NCBI GenBank assembly: GCA_965197585.1
Contig: OZ240215.1
Location: 1,152,001-1,216,000, forward strand
DNA length: 64,000 bases
Source: Dehalococcoidia bacterium
Lineage (GTDB): Bacteria > Chloroflexota > Dehalococcoidia > Plut-88900
Direction: 5' to 3'
Both the position numbers and the translations under genes were made by a program. How positions within the stretch are numbered: position 1 is the stretch's first letter; every line of letters starts with the position of its first letter. Below the pieces are notes generated by a model. It was not told the DNA's origin and searched no databases. It worked only from the letters and a program-made list of their open reading frames with translations. Positions 50,257-60,518 of the stretch are shown piece by piece.

Positions 50257-51123
50257 ATGACTATCAGCTTCACCAAGATGCACGGAATCGGCAACGACTA
50301 CATCCTCATCGACGCCCGACAAGTCGAAAAAGACTGGTCCCGGGTCGCCGTCGACATCTGTGACCGCCATTTCGGCGTCGGCGGCGACGGCATCCTCCTC
50401 ATCAGGGACTCCGACGTGGCCGACTGCCGTATGCAGATCTACAACCCAGACGGCTCCGAGGCCGAGGCCTGCGGCAACGGCATCCGTATGTTCTCCAAGT
50501 ACGTAGTCGAACAGGGTGTCGTATCCGCACCGGAAGACCGGCTGGTAGTCCAGACCCTCGGTGCAGTAGGAAAGATTGAACTCTCCCGTAACAACGGCAG
50601 CGTCTCTTCCGTCCGCGCCTCCATGGGCCCGGCCCGGCTCCGCCCATCCCAGGTGCCCGTCGCCCTTTCTGACGGCCCCGCTGTCGTCAAGGACTACCCG
50701 GTAGAGCTCGGCGACCGCACCGTCCCTGTAACCTGCGTATCGATGGGCAACCCCCACGCAGTCCACTTCACCGACATTCCCGTCGACGAGTTCCCCCTCT
50801 CAGACGTCGGCCCCCGACTCGAGAATCACCCATTCTTCCCCGCACGCGTCAATTTTGAAATAGTTAACATAATCGATAGAAGTCACGTCAGAGCCCGAGT
50901 CTGGGAGCGCGGCGTCGGTGAGACCCTTGCCTGCGGCACGGGTGCTTGCGCCATTGCCGTCGCTTCCTGCCTTCACGGCCTCACCGATAGCCCCGTCAAC
51001 GTCCAACTTCCTGGCGGCTCCCTGGTCATCGAGTGGGATGGCGAGGGTGACGTGTTCCTCTCCGGCCCCGCCGAATACGTGTTTACAGGCGTCTGGGAAG
51101 AGCCCGGCGTCGGAGGAAACTAA
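50257..51123 (+). CDS. dapF: Diaminopimelate epimerase
   Basis: KMHGIGNDY, CGNGIR, MGNPHAV, ERGVGETLACGTGACA. Confidence 0.97.
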   Translation: MTISFTKMHGIGNDYILIDARQVEKDWSRVAVDICDRHFGVGGDGILLIRDSDVADCRMQIYNPDGSEAEACGNGIRMFSKYVVEQGVVSAPEDRLVVQTLGAVGKIELSRNNGSVSSVRASMGPARLRPSQVPVALSDGPAVVKDYPVELGDRTVPVTCVSMGNPHAVHFTDIPVDEFPLSDVGPRLENHPFFPARVNFEIVNIIDRSHVRARVWERGVGETLACGTGACAIAVASCLHGLTDSPVNVQLPGGSLVIEWDGEGDVFLSGPAEYVFTGVWEEPGVGGN

Positions 51124-51124
51124 A

Positions 51125-52285
51125 TTGAGGATAGCAAAAAGGCTTGATGCCATCCCGCCCTACCTGTTCGTCGCCATCAACCAGAAAATCGCTCAGAAGA
51201 AGGCCGAGGGCCATGACGTCATAAGTTTCGCCATCGGCGACCCCGACCTCCCCACCCCGCCCCACATCCTTGATCGCCTTTTCAAGGAGAGCCACAACCC
51301 CGCCAACCACCGCTACCCCGAGTCCGACGGCCTCCCCGAGTTCCGCAAGGGCGTCGCCGACTGGTACAAGTCCAGGTTCAACGTGGACCTCGATCCCAAC
51401 TCCGAAGTCATCTCCCTCATCGGCTCCAAGGAGGGCATCGCCCACGTCGCCTTCTGCCTCATCGACCCCGGTGACATTGCCCTCGTCCCCGATCCCGCCT
51501 ACCCCGTCTATTCGATGGGCACACTCTTCGCCGGCGGCGAGAGCTATCCCGTCCCCCTCATGGAGGAGAACGGCTATTTGCCCGACCTAGAAGACATCCC
51601 CTCCGAAATCCTCCAGCGTGCCAAGGTCCTGTGGATCAATTACCCCAACAACCCCACTGGCGCTATTGCCGATGTCGACTTCTACTCCCGCGTCGTCGAG
51701 TTCGCCAAGAAGCACGACATCGCCGTCTGCAACGACGCTCCCTACAGTGAGATCGGCTTCGATGGCTACCGGCCCGCCAGCTTCCTGGAAGCGGAGGGCG
51801 CCAAGGACGTTGGCATAGAGTTCCACTCCTTCTCCAAGACCTACAACATGACCGGGTGGCGGGTCGCCATGGCCGTCGGCAACGCAGAGCTCATCAACGC
51901 CCTGAACACCGTGAAGTCCAACATGGACTCCGGCCTGCCCCAGGCCATCCAGTACATGGCCCTCGAGGCCCTAGAAGGCCCCCAGGACTGCGTCGATGAG
52001 AATGTAGCCATATACCAGCGCCGCCGCGACAAACTGGTGGCAGGGCTGGCAAAACTCGGACTTCGAGTGCTGCCTCCCCAGGCCAGCTTCTATCTCTGGG
52101 CCCGTGTCCCGGAGGGCTACACCTCCGCCGAGTACTGCGCCAAGCTCATCGACGAGGTCGCCGTCGTCGTCACGCCCGGATCGGGCTACGGTCAACAGGG
52201 AGAAGGCTACATCCGACTCTCAATGTCCCTCCCTGACGACCGCATCGACGAAGCCCTCGCCCGCATAGAGTCTCTCGCCCCGTGA
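51125..52285 (+). CDS. dapL: LL-diaminopimelate aminotransferase
   Basis: TTG start right after dapF; PPYLF, IGDPD, IGSKEG, NYPNNPTG, SKTYNMTGWR; dapF context. Confidence 0.88.
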   Translation: MRIAKRLDAIPPYLFVAINQKIAQKKAEGHDVISFAIGDPDLPTPPHILDRLFKESHNPANHRYPESDGLPEFRKGVADWYKSRFNVDLDPNSEVISLIGSKEGIAHVAFCLIDPGDIALVPDPAYPVYSMGTLFAGGESYPVPLMEENGYLPDLEDIPSEILQRAKVLWINYPNNPTGAIADVDFYSRVVEFAKKHDIAVCNDAPYSEIGFDGYRPASFLEAEGAKDVGIEFHSFSKTYNMTGWRVAMAVGNAELINALNTVKSNMDSGLPQAIQYMALEALEGPQDCVDENVAIYQRRRDKLVAGLAKLGLRVLPPQASFYLWARVPEGYTSAEYCAKLIDEVAVVVTPGSGYGQQGEGYIRLSMSLPDDRIDEALARIESLAP

Positions 52286-52512
52286 CCTTGAGCTTTGTTA
52301 TCCCAACTCCCAATGGTATGAAGGGGCTTCCCCATTCCTTCTGCCTCGACGATGCCTTTGTATTCGCCCCAATTAGGGACTGCGGGGGGAGGTCCAGTCC
52401 CCTCTCCCTTGACGGGAGAGGGTGAGGGTGAGATTACTCCTAAAGAGTTGTTTAACAAACATCCCTCGCCGGATCAGACAAACGTAAGCGTGAATCCTCT
52501 CAGGAGGTCCCC

Positions 52513-53661
52513 ATAGGCCGCAGCAACTCCGTCTCCACCTACCCCTCCCCCGAGAAAGCCCTCCTCGTCGGAGCCGCCGTCCGAGGCGTCGGAGGCCTCT
52601 GGCGCCTCCAGGACTCCCTCGACGAACTCGCCCTCCTCACCAAAAGCGCCGGCGCACAGGTCGTAGGTACCATCTCCCAGCAACTCCCGAGACCCAGCCA
52701 CACCTATCTAGGCAAGGGCAAACTGGAAGAAGTTAAGACCCTGAAGGGCGAGCTTCACTACCAGACCGTCATCGTAGACGACGAGCTCACCCCTTCCCAG
52801 CAGAGAGTTCTCGAAGACAGGCTAAAAACAAAGGTCATCGACCGCACCGCCCTCATCCTCGACGTTTTCGCCTCCCGAGCCCGCACCCGAGAAGGTTGCC
52901 TCCAGGTCGAGCTTGCTCAGCATGAATACCTCCTCCCTCGGCTCGCGGGCCAGTGGAAACACCTCGAACGGCTCGGCGGGGGCATCGGCACCCGGGGCCC
53001 CGGCGAGTCCCAGCTGGAGACCGACCGCCGCCTCGTACGCAGCAAGATTCACCGTCTCAAGCAGGAGATCGAGGACGTCAGGACCCACCGCAACCTCTAT
53101 CGGGAGGATAGGCGCAGGCGAGGCCTGCCAATCGTCGCCCTCGTCGGCTACACCAACTCCGGCAAGAGCACCTTGCTAAACACCTTGACCGGCGCCGGAG
53201 TCCTCGCTGCCGACAAGCTATTCGCCACCCTTGACCCCGTCACCCGCCGCTGGCACATCGATCTCCTAGGCCAAGTCCTCCTGACCGACACCGTCGGCTT
53301 CATCCAAAAGCTCCCCGCCATCCTGGTAGCCGCCTTCCGTGCAACCCTCGAAGAGCTTGCAGACGCTGACCTTCTCCTCCACGTCGTCGACGTCGTCCAC
53401 CCCAACGCTCCTGAGCACGTCGAGGAAGTCCAGAAAATCCTCGGAGAGCTAAACCTGGCTCACAAGCCCGCCATAGTAGTTCTCAACAAGATGGACCTCT
53501 TCCCCTCCAACGGAAGTAGTCCCTCCAATGGCACCCCTGACCCCGACTGGTGGGGCATGCCCGATGACATGGTCGCCATCTCCGCCCTCCGAGGCACCGG
53601 GCTCCCCGACCTCAGAAAGCTCATAGTCGACAAACTCTCAACCACCGCCGCCGTCGTCTAG
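52513..53661 (+). CDS. hflX: Ribosome-splitting GTPase HflX, probable ATA start codon
   Basis: Open frame from ATA 52513: YLGKGK, DDELTPSQ, ILDVFA, GGGIGTRGPGESQLETDRR, GYTNSGKST, FATLD, DTVGF, NKMD; SD AGGAGGT at 52502-52508. Confidence 0.9.
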   Translation: MGRSNSVSTYPSPEKALLVGAAVRGVGGLWRLQDSLDELALLTKSAGAQVVGTISQQLPRPSHTYLGKGKLEEVKTLKGELHYQTVIVDDELTPSQQRVLEDRLKTKVIDRTALILDVFASRARTREGCLQVELAQHEYLLPRLAGQWKHLERLGGGIGTRGPGESQLETDRRLVRSKIHRLKQEIEDVRTHRNLYREDRRRRGLPIVALVGYTNSGKSTLLNTLTGAGVLAADKLFATLDPVTRRWHIDLLGQVLLTDTVGFIQKLPAILVAAFRATLEELADADLLLHVVDVVHPNAPEHVEEVQKILGELNLAHKPAIVVLNKMDLFPSNGSSPSNGTPDPDWWGMPDDMVAISALRGTGLPDLRKLIVDKLSTTAAVV

Positions 53662-53706
53662 CCCCCTCCCCCATCCAACACTCCCTCCCCCCGCCCCTTC
53701 CCCCAC

Positions 53707-53735
53707 TGTCATTCCGAGGCTCCGCGAGGAATCTA
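53707..53735 (+). repeat. REP-like family C (TGTCATTCCGAGGCTCCGCGAGGAATCTA)
   Basis: Related copies at about 22848, 59975 and 60116. Confidence 0.75.
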
Positions 53736-53969
53736 GGACTTGCCCACTCACATCTCCCACTATCTCTATGATACCGTTACACGACCCTCCCTCCAGTGTA
53801 GCCTTGGTGTTTGTGGAGGTCATATCCCCTCTCCCTTGACGGGTCGCAGATGCGCCGAGGCGTGAGAGGGCTAGGGTGAGGGTGATCCCGTCCCCAAAAG
53901 AACAATTACACAACCCCCCAATGAAACAACGCACCAACCAGTCCAAAAGTCCGCTAGGAATCACATAAC

Positions 53970-55292
53970 ATGGGCTGGCCTGAACATTACCACTCCAGAA
54001 CAGCCCCCTTGGAAGAGGCGGTCTCTCACGTATGTTCGGGGAACCGAGTCGCCATCACCCTCGGCGAAGAACCCCGCCTCCTGTCCGCAGGCCTCCAGGC
54101 CCGAGCTGGGGAGATCGAAAATGTCATCATTCAGTGTGCGGGCCCCGCTAACGAGCTCGGCTGGTTTGACCCGGGCATCGAATCCTCCTTCAACGTCCAG
54201 GTCCAGAACTCCTACCGCTACACCTATCGCCCTTTCCTCGACGACGGCCGCGCCGAGTACATGCCCTCGCTTTTCACCCTCATGTTCAAGGGCATGGAGG
54301 AGCGTGGCCTCGAAGACCAGCGCCCCGACGTATTTTTCACCGTCGTCTCCCCACCCGACCAGAACGGCTTCTGCAGCTTCGGCCACAGCCTGTGGAACAA
54401 ACGCTCCTTCGCCGCCAGCGCTCGTATGGTCATCGCGGAGGTCGACCCGCGCACAATGAGGACTTACGGCACTAATAGTATCCACGTGACGGACATCGAC
54501 TACTTCGTCGAAAACCCGGACACCGGCCCCGTGCTCTACCACTCAATCCCGGATCCTGATGACGCCGTGCGGGAGATGGGCCGCCACGTGAGATCGCTCA
54601 TCCAAGATGGCGATACCATTCAGATTGGCTGGGGCCGTGTCGGCATGTCCCTGCCCCGAGCCGGTATCTTCGACGGGAAAAAGGATCTTGGCATACACAG
54701 CGAAGTCATGGCCCCCGGCATGCTCCCCCTCGTCGAGGAGGGCGTCCTCAACGGCAGTCGTAAGACCCTGAATCGAGGCAAAGCCGTCACGTCCGCCTTG
54801 GCAGGCGCAGGTCGGGAGATGGACCTTGCCCGGAACAACCCCAAAGTCGAGGTCCGGGATGTCGACTACACCAACGACCTCCGGGTCATCTCCGCCCACG
54901 ACAACATGGTCGCCATCAATGGTGCAGCCTCCGTGGACCTGTCAGGACAGATAAACGTTGAGTCCGCCGATGGCTCCCACCCCATCAACGGCCCCGGTGG
55001 TCAACAGGAGTTCGTCATCGGGGCCCTTGCCTCGAGAGGTGGCCGTTCCATAACCGTCCTCCGCTCCACGACTCGGGACGGCCAGTCCAGAATCGTCCCT
55101 ATCCTGGACGCCGGTGCCAGTGTCACCATCCCCCGCACCCTCGCCGACTACGTGGCCACCGAATACGGCGTCGCTTCCCTCCTCGGCAAGACCACATCAC
55201 AGCGCGCCCTAGCCCTCATAAACATCGCCCATCCCAACTTCCGAAAAGAGTTGGCCATCTTCCTTAAGAAACGTAACTATTCAACTCGTTAA
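53970..55292 (+). CDS. Acetyl-CoA hydrolase/4-hydroxybutyrate CoA-transferase family
   Basis: SPPDQNGFCSFG, DGDTIQIG, LGIHSE, GPGGQQEF, TEYGVA, LINIAHPNFR. Confidence 0.9.
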   Translation: MGWPEHYHSRTAPLEEAVSHVCSGNRVAITLGEEPRLLSAGLQARAGEIENVIIQCAGPANELGWFDPGIESSFNVQVQNSYRYTYRPFLDDGRAEYMPSLFTLMFKGMEERGLEDQRPDVFFTVVSPPDQNGFCSFGHSLWNKRSFAASARMVIAEVDPRTMRTYGTNSIHVTDIDYFVENPDTGPVLYHSIPDPDDAVREMGRHVRSLIQDGDTIQIGWGRVGMSLPRAGIFDGKKDLGIHSEVMAPGMLPLVEEGVLNGSRKTLNRGKAVTSALAGAGREMDLARNNPKVEVRDVDYTNDLRVISAHDNMVAINGAASVDLSGQINVESADGSHPINGPGGQQEFVIGALASRGGRSITVLRSTTRDGQSRIVPILDAGASVTIPRTLADYVATEYGVASLLGKTTSQRALALINIAHPNFRKELAIFLKKRNYSTR

Positions 55293-55350
55293 TCTGCATA
55301 TCGCTTGGCAATTATGGGAAAATGCAGTTCCAAATACCCTCTCCTTTAAC

Positions 55351-55481
55351 GAGACCTTTGCATGAACTCTGTTGGAGGGGCCGGGGCCGCTCGTGCTGAG
55401 GCTCTCGAAGTATGAGCGGGGGCGGCGATTCGGTCATCAGGATGGCACAATAGAGGGAATGCTCAGTTACGCTAAGGTTTC
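55351..55481. mobile_element. MITE-like element (131 bp) containing a family B hairpin
   Basis: GAGACCTTTGCATGAAC ... GTTACGCTAAGGTTTC; flanks TTAAC and TTGAC (possible 5-bp duplication). Confidence 0.55.
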
Positions 55482-55553
55482 TTGACGTGAGGGGGCCAAG
55501 GCCGAAGACTCGCCGAGTAGATTGAGGGCATTCCTATTCCCCGGAGGCACGAA

Positions 55554-56321
55554 ATGACACAAACAATGACCGGCAAAGTAGCCCTCGTTACCGGAGCAGG
55601 CTCCGGCCTCGGCCGAGCCTCCGCCATAATCTTCGCCCGTGAAGGTGCCCAAGTCGTCGTCTCCGACATCGACGAGACCGGCGGCACGGAAACGGTCAGC
55701 CTGATTCGAGAAGCCGGCGGCGAAGCAACCTTCGTCTCCTGTGACGTCACCAGCGTCGAGCAGGTCGACACCCTTGTCGCCAAGACTATCGACCTCTACG
55801 GCCGCCTCGACTGCGCTCACAACAACGCCGGCGGCGGTGGAGGATTGGGCAGGCCCATGACTCACGAGGTTGCCGTCCGAGACTGGTTGCACGTAATCGA
55901 AATAAACCTGAACAGCATCTGGTACTGCATGAGGCGCGAGATTCCCATAATGCTCGAACAGGGCGCGGGGGCGATAGTAAACACCTCTTCGATTTACGGC
56001 ATCGCCGGGGCAGTCGGCACAGCCGCTTACGTTGCTGGAAAGCACGGGGTCGTCGGACTTACCAAGGCTGCCGCCCTCGAATACGCCGACCAAGGACTCC
56101 GAGTCAACGCCGTTTGCCCCGCCCACGTCCCCACCACCTCCGTACAAAAGCTCATGGATGACGACCCCGGCCTCGAGCCCTGGGTCTCGGGCCTCTCACC
56201 CTCCGGCAGGATGGGCCGCCCCGAGGAGATCGGCGAGACCGTGGTCTGGCTCTGCTCAGACGCCGCTTCCTTCGTCACCGGCCACGCCATGCCCGTAGAC
56301 GGTGGCTGGACCGCCCAATAA
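55554..56321 (+). CDS. Short-chain dehydrogenase/reductase
   Basis: TGAGSGLG, NNAG, YVAGK; close paralog of 2258-3022. Confidence 0.95.
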   Translation: MTQTMTGKVALVTGAGSGLGRASAIIFAREGAQVVVSDIDETGGTETVSLIREAGGEATFVSCDVTSVEQVDTLVAKTIDLYGRLDCAHNNAGGGGGLGRPMTHEVAVRDWLHVIEINLNSIWYCMRREIPIMLEQGAGAIVNTSSIYGIAGAVGTAAYVAGKHGVVGLTKAAALEYADQGLRVNAVCPAHVPTTSVQKLMDDDPGLEPWVSGLSPSGRMGRPEEIGETVVWLCSDAASFVTGHAMPVDGGWTAQ

Positions 56322-56351
56322 CTCCCCTCCTGAATCCCCCTCCCCTGTCCC

Positions 56352-56375
56352 GTAGGGGCGACCGGCGGTCGCCCT
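56352..56375. repeat. GTAG-type REP hairpin between convergent genes
   Basis: GTAGGGGCGACCGGCGGTCGCCCT. Confidence 0.65.
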
Positions 56376-56384
56376 CCCCGTCCC

Positions 56385-57584
56385 CTAACCCGCCACGTAC
56401 AATTCCCGCGCCTCCTCCGTCAACACCTCACATCCGTCCTCCGTAATCGCAATCGTCTCACTCAGCCCCACCCCAAACTTGCGCGGCACGCGGAACATGA
56501 TCGGCAGGTGGAACGTCATCCCCGGCCGCAGCACCTCGTCATTCCCCTCCGCGATGAACGTTGCTCCGTCCGCCCAGGTCGGCGGAAACCCGGCCCCGAC
56601 ACTGTATCCGCAGATTCCCATAAACCACATCTCATCCTCGAGCCCCGCGTACCCCTTGTGTGCGTCCCGAGCCACGTCGTGCGACGTTCGCCCGCCCTTC
56701 GCCCCCTCTATCACCAGGTCCAAGGTCGTTTTCACTGCCTCCCCGATTTTCCGAACCTCGTCCGACGGCTCTCCCAGCACTCCCGTCCTCATTATTGGGG
56801 CGTTGTACCTGTGGTAACACGCGCTGTATTCGAAGAATGCAACCTCTCCTTTGTTAAGGGCCAGCCTTCGGAATGTCGTATGGTGCCAGCTTGTCCGATA
56901 CCCGGTCGTCACAATAGGCGGTGTTGACATAAACTCACTACCACCACCGATAAGCTTCGCATACCCGACCTCTGCGAGGTCGTTGTCGGTAACACCCGGC
57001 GCTATAGCCTGCAGCGACGCATTGATCCCCTCTACCGTCATCCGACCTGCTTCCCGCATGTATTCAATCTCCGTCGCCGACTTGATCTTCCGCACTCTCT
57101 CCACGAGCCCCGAGGCATCAACGAATGAGGCGTTAGGCGCCGCTCGGCCCAATTCCTCCACCAGGCCGGGGATCGGGCCCCCGCGTGCCATCTCTATTCC
57201 CAGTCTCTTACCTCCCAGCCCCCGCGCCTCGAGCATCCCTGCCACCTTTGATGCGATCAAATCGCCTTCGTTCCAAGCAAAGCTGACTACATCCTCCACC
57301 CACCCCGATAAGATCGCCGCAGGTATCTCGCACGACGCCGTCACCACGCCCGGTTCCCCGTCCGCTGGAATCACGAGAGCCGTCAGGTTGGAGATCGAAA
57401 ACGTGTAGTACCCCGATAGATAGTGCAAGTTCGCCGGCGAGACCACTATCAACCCATCCAGCCCGTCTTTCCCCATCTCCGCCCGGACCTTGGCCACCCG
57501 CTCGTCGTACTCATCCTGCGTAAAGGGAAGTTCCTTCTCAATCGGGCCGCTCCGAAGCAATCGCATGTACTCGACATGGTCCAT
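56385..57584 (-). CDS. M24 family hydrolase, ectoine hydrolase (DoeA)/creatinase-like
   Basis: FTQDEY..R, NLHYLSGY, IKSATEI, GYSVGAGFPPTW, GMTFH, SETIAIT. Confidence 0.85.
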   Translation of the reverse strand: MDHVEYMRLLRSGPIEKELPFTQDEYDERVAKVRAEMGKDGLDGLIVVSPANLHYLSGYYTFSISNLTALVIPADGEPGVVTASCEIPAAILSGWVEDVVSFAWNEGDLIASKVAGMLEARGLGGKRLGIEMARGGPIPGLVEELGRAAPNASFVDASGLVERVRKIKSATEIEYMREAGRMTVEGINASLQAIAPGVTDNDLAEVGYAKLIGGGSEFMSTPPIVTTGYRTSWHHTTFRRLALNKGEVAFFEYSACYHRYNAPIMRTGVLGEPSDEVRKIGEAVKTTLDLVIEGAKGGRTSHDVARDAHKGYAGLEDEMWFMGICGYSVGAGFPPTWADGATFIAEGNDEVLRPGMTFHLPIMFRVPRKFGVGLSETIAITEDGCEVLTEEARELYVAG

Positions 57585-57738
57585 CTGTTCCGTTCTCCTC
57601 TCAGGCTGACGCACAGGTTCCGGGCCCAAACCAACGGCCACATTCTACACCAGCCCCCCGGCCCCACCCCGCCCTTGCTATATAATCTCCCCGAGTAATA
57701 AGCGCCCACTCGCCGACCCAAAGACAGCCTTACCCCTA

Positions 57739-58656
57739 ATGAACATCGATCACCTGACAACCTACCTGGAAGTGGTCAAACGTGGCTCTTTTTCGGGCGC
57801 TGCCAAGCATCTCGGCCTCACCCAGCCCGGCGTCAGCCAGCAGGTTCGACGGCTGGAGAATGATCTAGGTGTCCCCCTTCTCGACCGACGGGAACGACGC
57901 GTCGTCATGACCGGTGCCGGCCGCGAGTTTCACCGCTTCGCATCCCGAGTCCTCTCCGCCCGCTCCGACTTCGACGAGAAGCTCAAAGACCTAACCGGCC
58001 AGATCAGTGGCCGGCTCGCCTTGGGAGCAAGCACCGTCCCCGGCGAGTTCATTCTCCCCGGCCTCCTCGCCGGCTTCATTGCCCTCCATCCCGCCGTCGA
58101 GGCCTCCGTCGAAATCGGAGACACTAGCAACATCACCGACATGGTCCGCACCGCCGAGTGTGACCTCGGATTCGTCGGCGCCCGGGTCTCCCATCGAGGT
58201 ATAAAGCAGGAGCCCTTCCTTGAAGACGAGCTGGTCCTGATAGTTCCCTCCTCACACCGGCTTGCAGAGAAGAAGAGCATCGCCATCTCAGACTTGGGGC
58301 AGGAGCGCCTCATCACCCGTGAACGAGGCTCCGGAACCATGCAGAACGTATATGCCATGCTCGAAAAAGCAGGCTTCGACCCCCGAAGCTGGCGTCACGC
58401 CCAGGTTTTCGGGAGCACCCAGGCCATCATCTCCGCCGTGGAAGCGGGCCTGGGTGTCGCCTTTGTATCAGAGTTCGCCGCCCGAGCCCCCATCGCTTCC
58501 CAACACATCTCCGGCCTCAGGATCGAGGGTGCCCCCCTCAAGCGCCAACTATACATAACATATATCGACAGAAACTCCCCAACCCGCCTCCAAAGGGAAT
58601 TCCTCTCATTCTCCCTAACCTGGGCCAAAGAAAACAGTCCTATCCCCTCTTCATGA
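57739..58656 (+). CDS. LysR-type regulator, CysL-like/selenium-metabolism-associated type
   Basis: HTH SFSGAAKHLGLTQPGVSQQVRRLE; GASTVPGEFILP and RERGSGT motifs. Confidence 0.85.
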   Translation: MNIDHLTTYLEVVKRGSFSGAAKHLGLTQPGVSQQVRRLENDLGVPLLDRRERRVVMTGAGREFHRFASRVLSARSDFDEKLKDLTGQISGRLALGASTVPGEFILPGLLAGFIALHPAVEASVEIGDTSNITDMVRTAECDLGFVGARVSHRGIKQEPFLEDELVLIVPSSHRLAEKKSIAISDLGQERLITRERGSGTMQNVYAMLEKAGFDPRSWRHAQVFGSTQAIISAVEAGLGVAFVSEFAARAPIASQHISGLRIEGAPLKRQLYITYIDRNSPTRLQREFLSFSLTWAKENSPIPSS

Positions 58657-58657
58657 C

Positions 58658-58840
58658 AAGACCTGTGGCATATAACCTGTGCTGGCGGGGCCGCTCGTGC
58701 TGTCGTAGATCCGCCGAAGTGTGACTCTTATATAACCGTCATTCCCGTGAAAACGGGAATCCAGGGCCGACAATGCACGATTGATTAGAATAAACAAGAT
58801 GCCATATTTGGTCCCGCTCTGGGTGTTACGCACAGGTCTC
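58658..58840. mobile_element. MITE-like element containing REP-like modules
   Basis: AAGACCTGTGGCATATAAC ... GTTACGCACAGGTCTC; contains GTCATTCCCGTGAAAACGGGAATCCAG. Confidence 0.55.
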
Positions 58841-58876
58841 TAGATGGGACAGGGATAAGTTGATGGTGCAATCCAA

Positions 58877-59860
58877 ATGACCAACCCCCAACTCATACAA
58901 AACCTCCTGGCCGGAGACAAACGCGCCCTCGCCCGAGCCATCACAATCGTTGAACGCGCCGGCCCCGACGCCCGAGACCTCATCCACAGCATCAGCGCCC
59001 ACGTTGGCCGCTCCTATACCGTCGGCATCACCGGCTCCCCCGGCGCGGGCAAGAGCACCTTAGTCGATAGAATAACCTCCGACCTCAGGACCAGGGGCTG
59101 GAACGGTTCACCTGACCCAAAGGTCGGCATCCTTGCCGCAGACCCCACCAGTCCCTTCACCGGAGGAGCCATCCTCGCCGACCGCGTGCGCATGCAGCGC
59201 CACTACAAGGACCCCGGCGTCTACATCCGCAGCATGGCCACCCGAGGCAGCCAGGGCGGCCTTCCCAGGTCCACCCGAGACGCCATGAAGCTCCTGGACG
59301 TTTACGGCATGGACGTAACTATCGTCGAGACTGTGGGCGTCGGGCAGGCTGAGCTCGATATCATGGGCCTCGCCGACACAGTTATCGTTGCCCTCGTACC
59401 CGAAGGCGGCGATGCGATGCAGGCCATGAAGGCCGGCCTAATGGAGATCGCCGACCTCTTCGTCGTCAACAAGGCCGACCGCCCTGGCGCCGACGCCGTA
59501 GTCCGAGACATTTCCGCCGTCATCAGCTGGGACACCCGTCCGCGGGAATGGATTCCCAGGGTCATGTCCACCAAGGCTGTCGAGAATGTAGGAATCGACA
59601 AGCTGGTCGACTCCATAGGCGAGCACAAAGGAGCCGCGGAGAAGTCGGGGCTCCTGGCCCGGCGAAGAAGCGAACGCCGCAAGCAGGAGCTCTTCGAAAT
59701 CATCAGAGACAGAGTCGGCCAGGAAGCTCACCTCGTCATCTCCTCCAACCCGGACCTGGCCAACCTAGTCCAACAAGTCGAATCCGCCACCCTGGACCCC
59801 CACACCGCCGCCCAAACCGTCCTCCAGGCCATCCTCAACCCCAAAACCCACCCCCCCTAG
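58877..59860 (+). CDS. meaB: Methylmalonyl-CoA mutase-associated GTPase MeaB/ArgK
   Basis: GSPGAGKST, DPTSPFTGGAILADRVRM, ETVGVGQ, KAGLME, NKAD. Confidence 0.95.
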   Translation: MTNPQLIQNLLAGDKRALARAITIVERAGPDARDLIHSISAHVGRSYTVGITGSPGAGKSTLVDRITSDLRTRGWNGSPDPKVGILAADPTSPFTGGAILADRVRMQRHYKDPGVYIRSMATRGSQGGLPRSTRDAMKLLDVYGMDVTIVETVGVGQAELDIMGLADTVIVALVPEGGDAMQAMKAGLMEIADLFVVNKADRPGADAVVRDISAVISWDTRPREWIPRVMSTKAVENVGIDKLVDSIGEHKGAAEKSGLLARRRSERRKQELFEIIRDRVGQEAHLVISSNPDLANLVQQVESATLDPHTAAQTVLQAILNPKTHPP

Positions 59861-60518
59861 GACCTAGCCCCCAGGAACCGGGCCGCATCTCCTCCTCCGT
59901 AGTGGCAAACCCTCGTGGTTGCCTAGCCCCTTGACCCAAAGCACCTGATTCCAAGCCACATTACGCCCTTTATATGTCATCCCGATGCCCCGCGAGGGAT
60001 CTAAAGCGCCAGCCCACCACCCAGCTACTTGTTTGTCCCATCACTCCTGCTTCGGAGCTGAGCCCTTTCTCCAGTAGATGAGCAATCTCCCTGCCACCCC
60101 GAGCCCCCTTAGCCGTGTCATCCCGAGGCTCCGCGAGGGATCTAGGGCATCAGTCCACCACTCAACCCCTTCCCTAAAAACACCCCTCCCCCCACCCCCC
60201 AACAAACCCCCATAGCACTTCGCACTATATCTGTTATGTCTCCCACATACAGTTGAAGCACTAATCACTAGACATAAGGACACATATAACTGTTGTCAAC
60301 CTAGCCCTTTGAACTCCGGTACACCTCCCCGATGTCAGCGACGTGCAACCACCTAAACATCCTTCTATTTAGCCATGATTTCAATATCCTGACCGACCCA
60401 AGCAATTCACTTCCTGCCGGATGACCAATGCCCGAAAGAGCAAAAACGCAGTAAACTAGGGGCCATTATGTTGCGCACTGAGCTTATGTCAACGTTTTCG
60501 CGAAGTTGACGCCCCACT

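Noticed and set aside
60230-60300. AT-rich patch with TTATGTC/GACATAA inverted motif as an origin or operator
   Set aside because: Too short, no DnaA boxes recognised, and no downstream gene to regulate.
60420-60470. c-di-GMP-I riboswitch-like fragment (CCGAAAG...ACGCA)
   Set aside because: Lacks the upstream GCAAA and the P1 pairing; lies between convergent genes.
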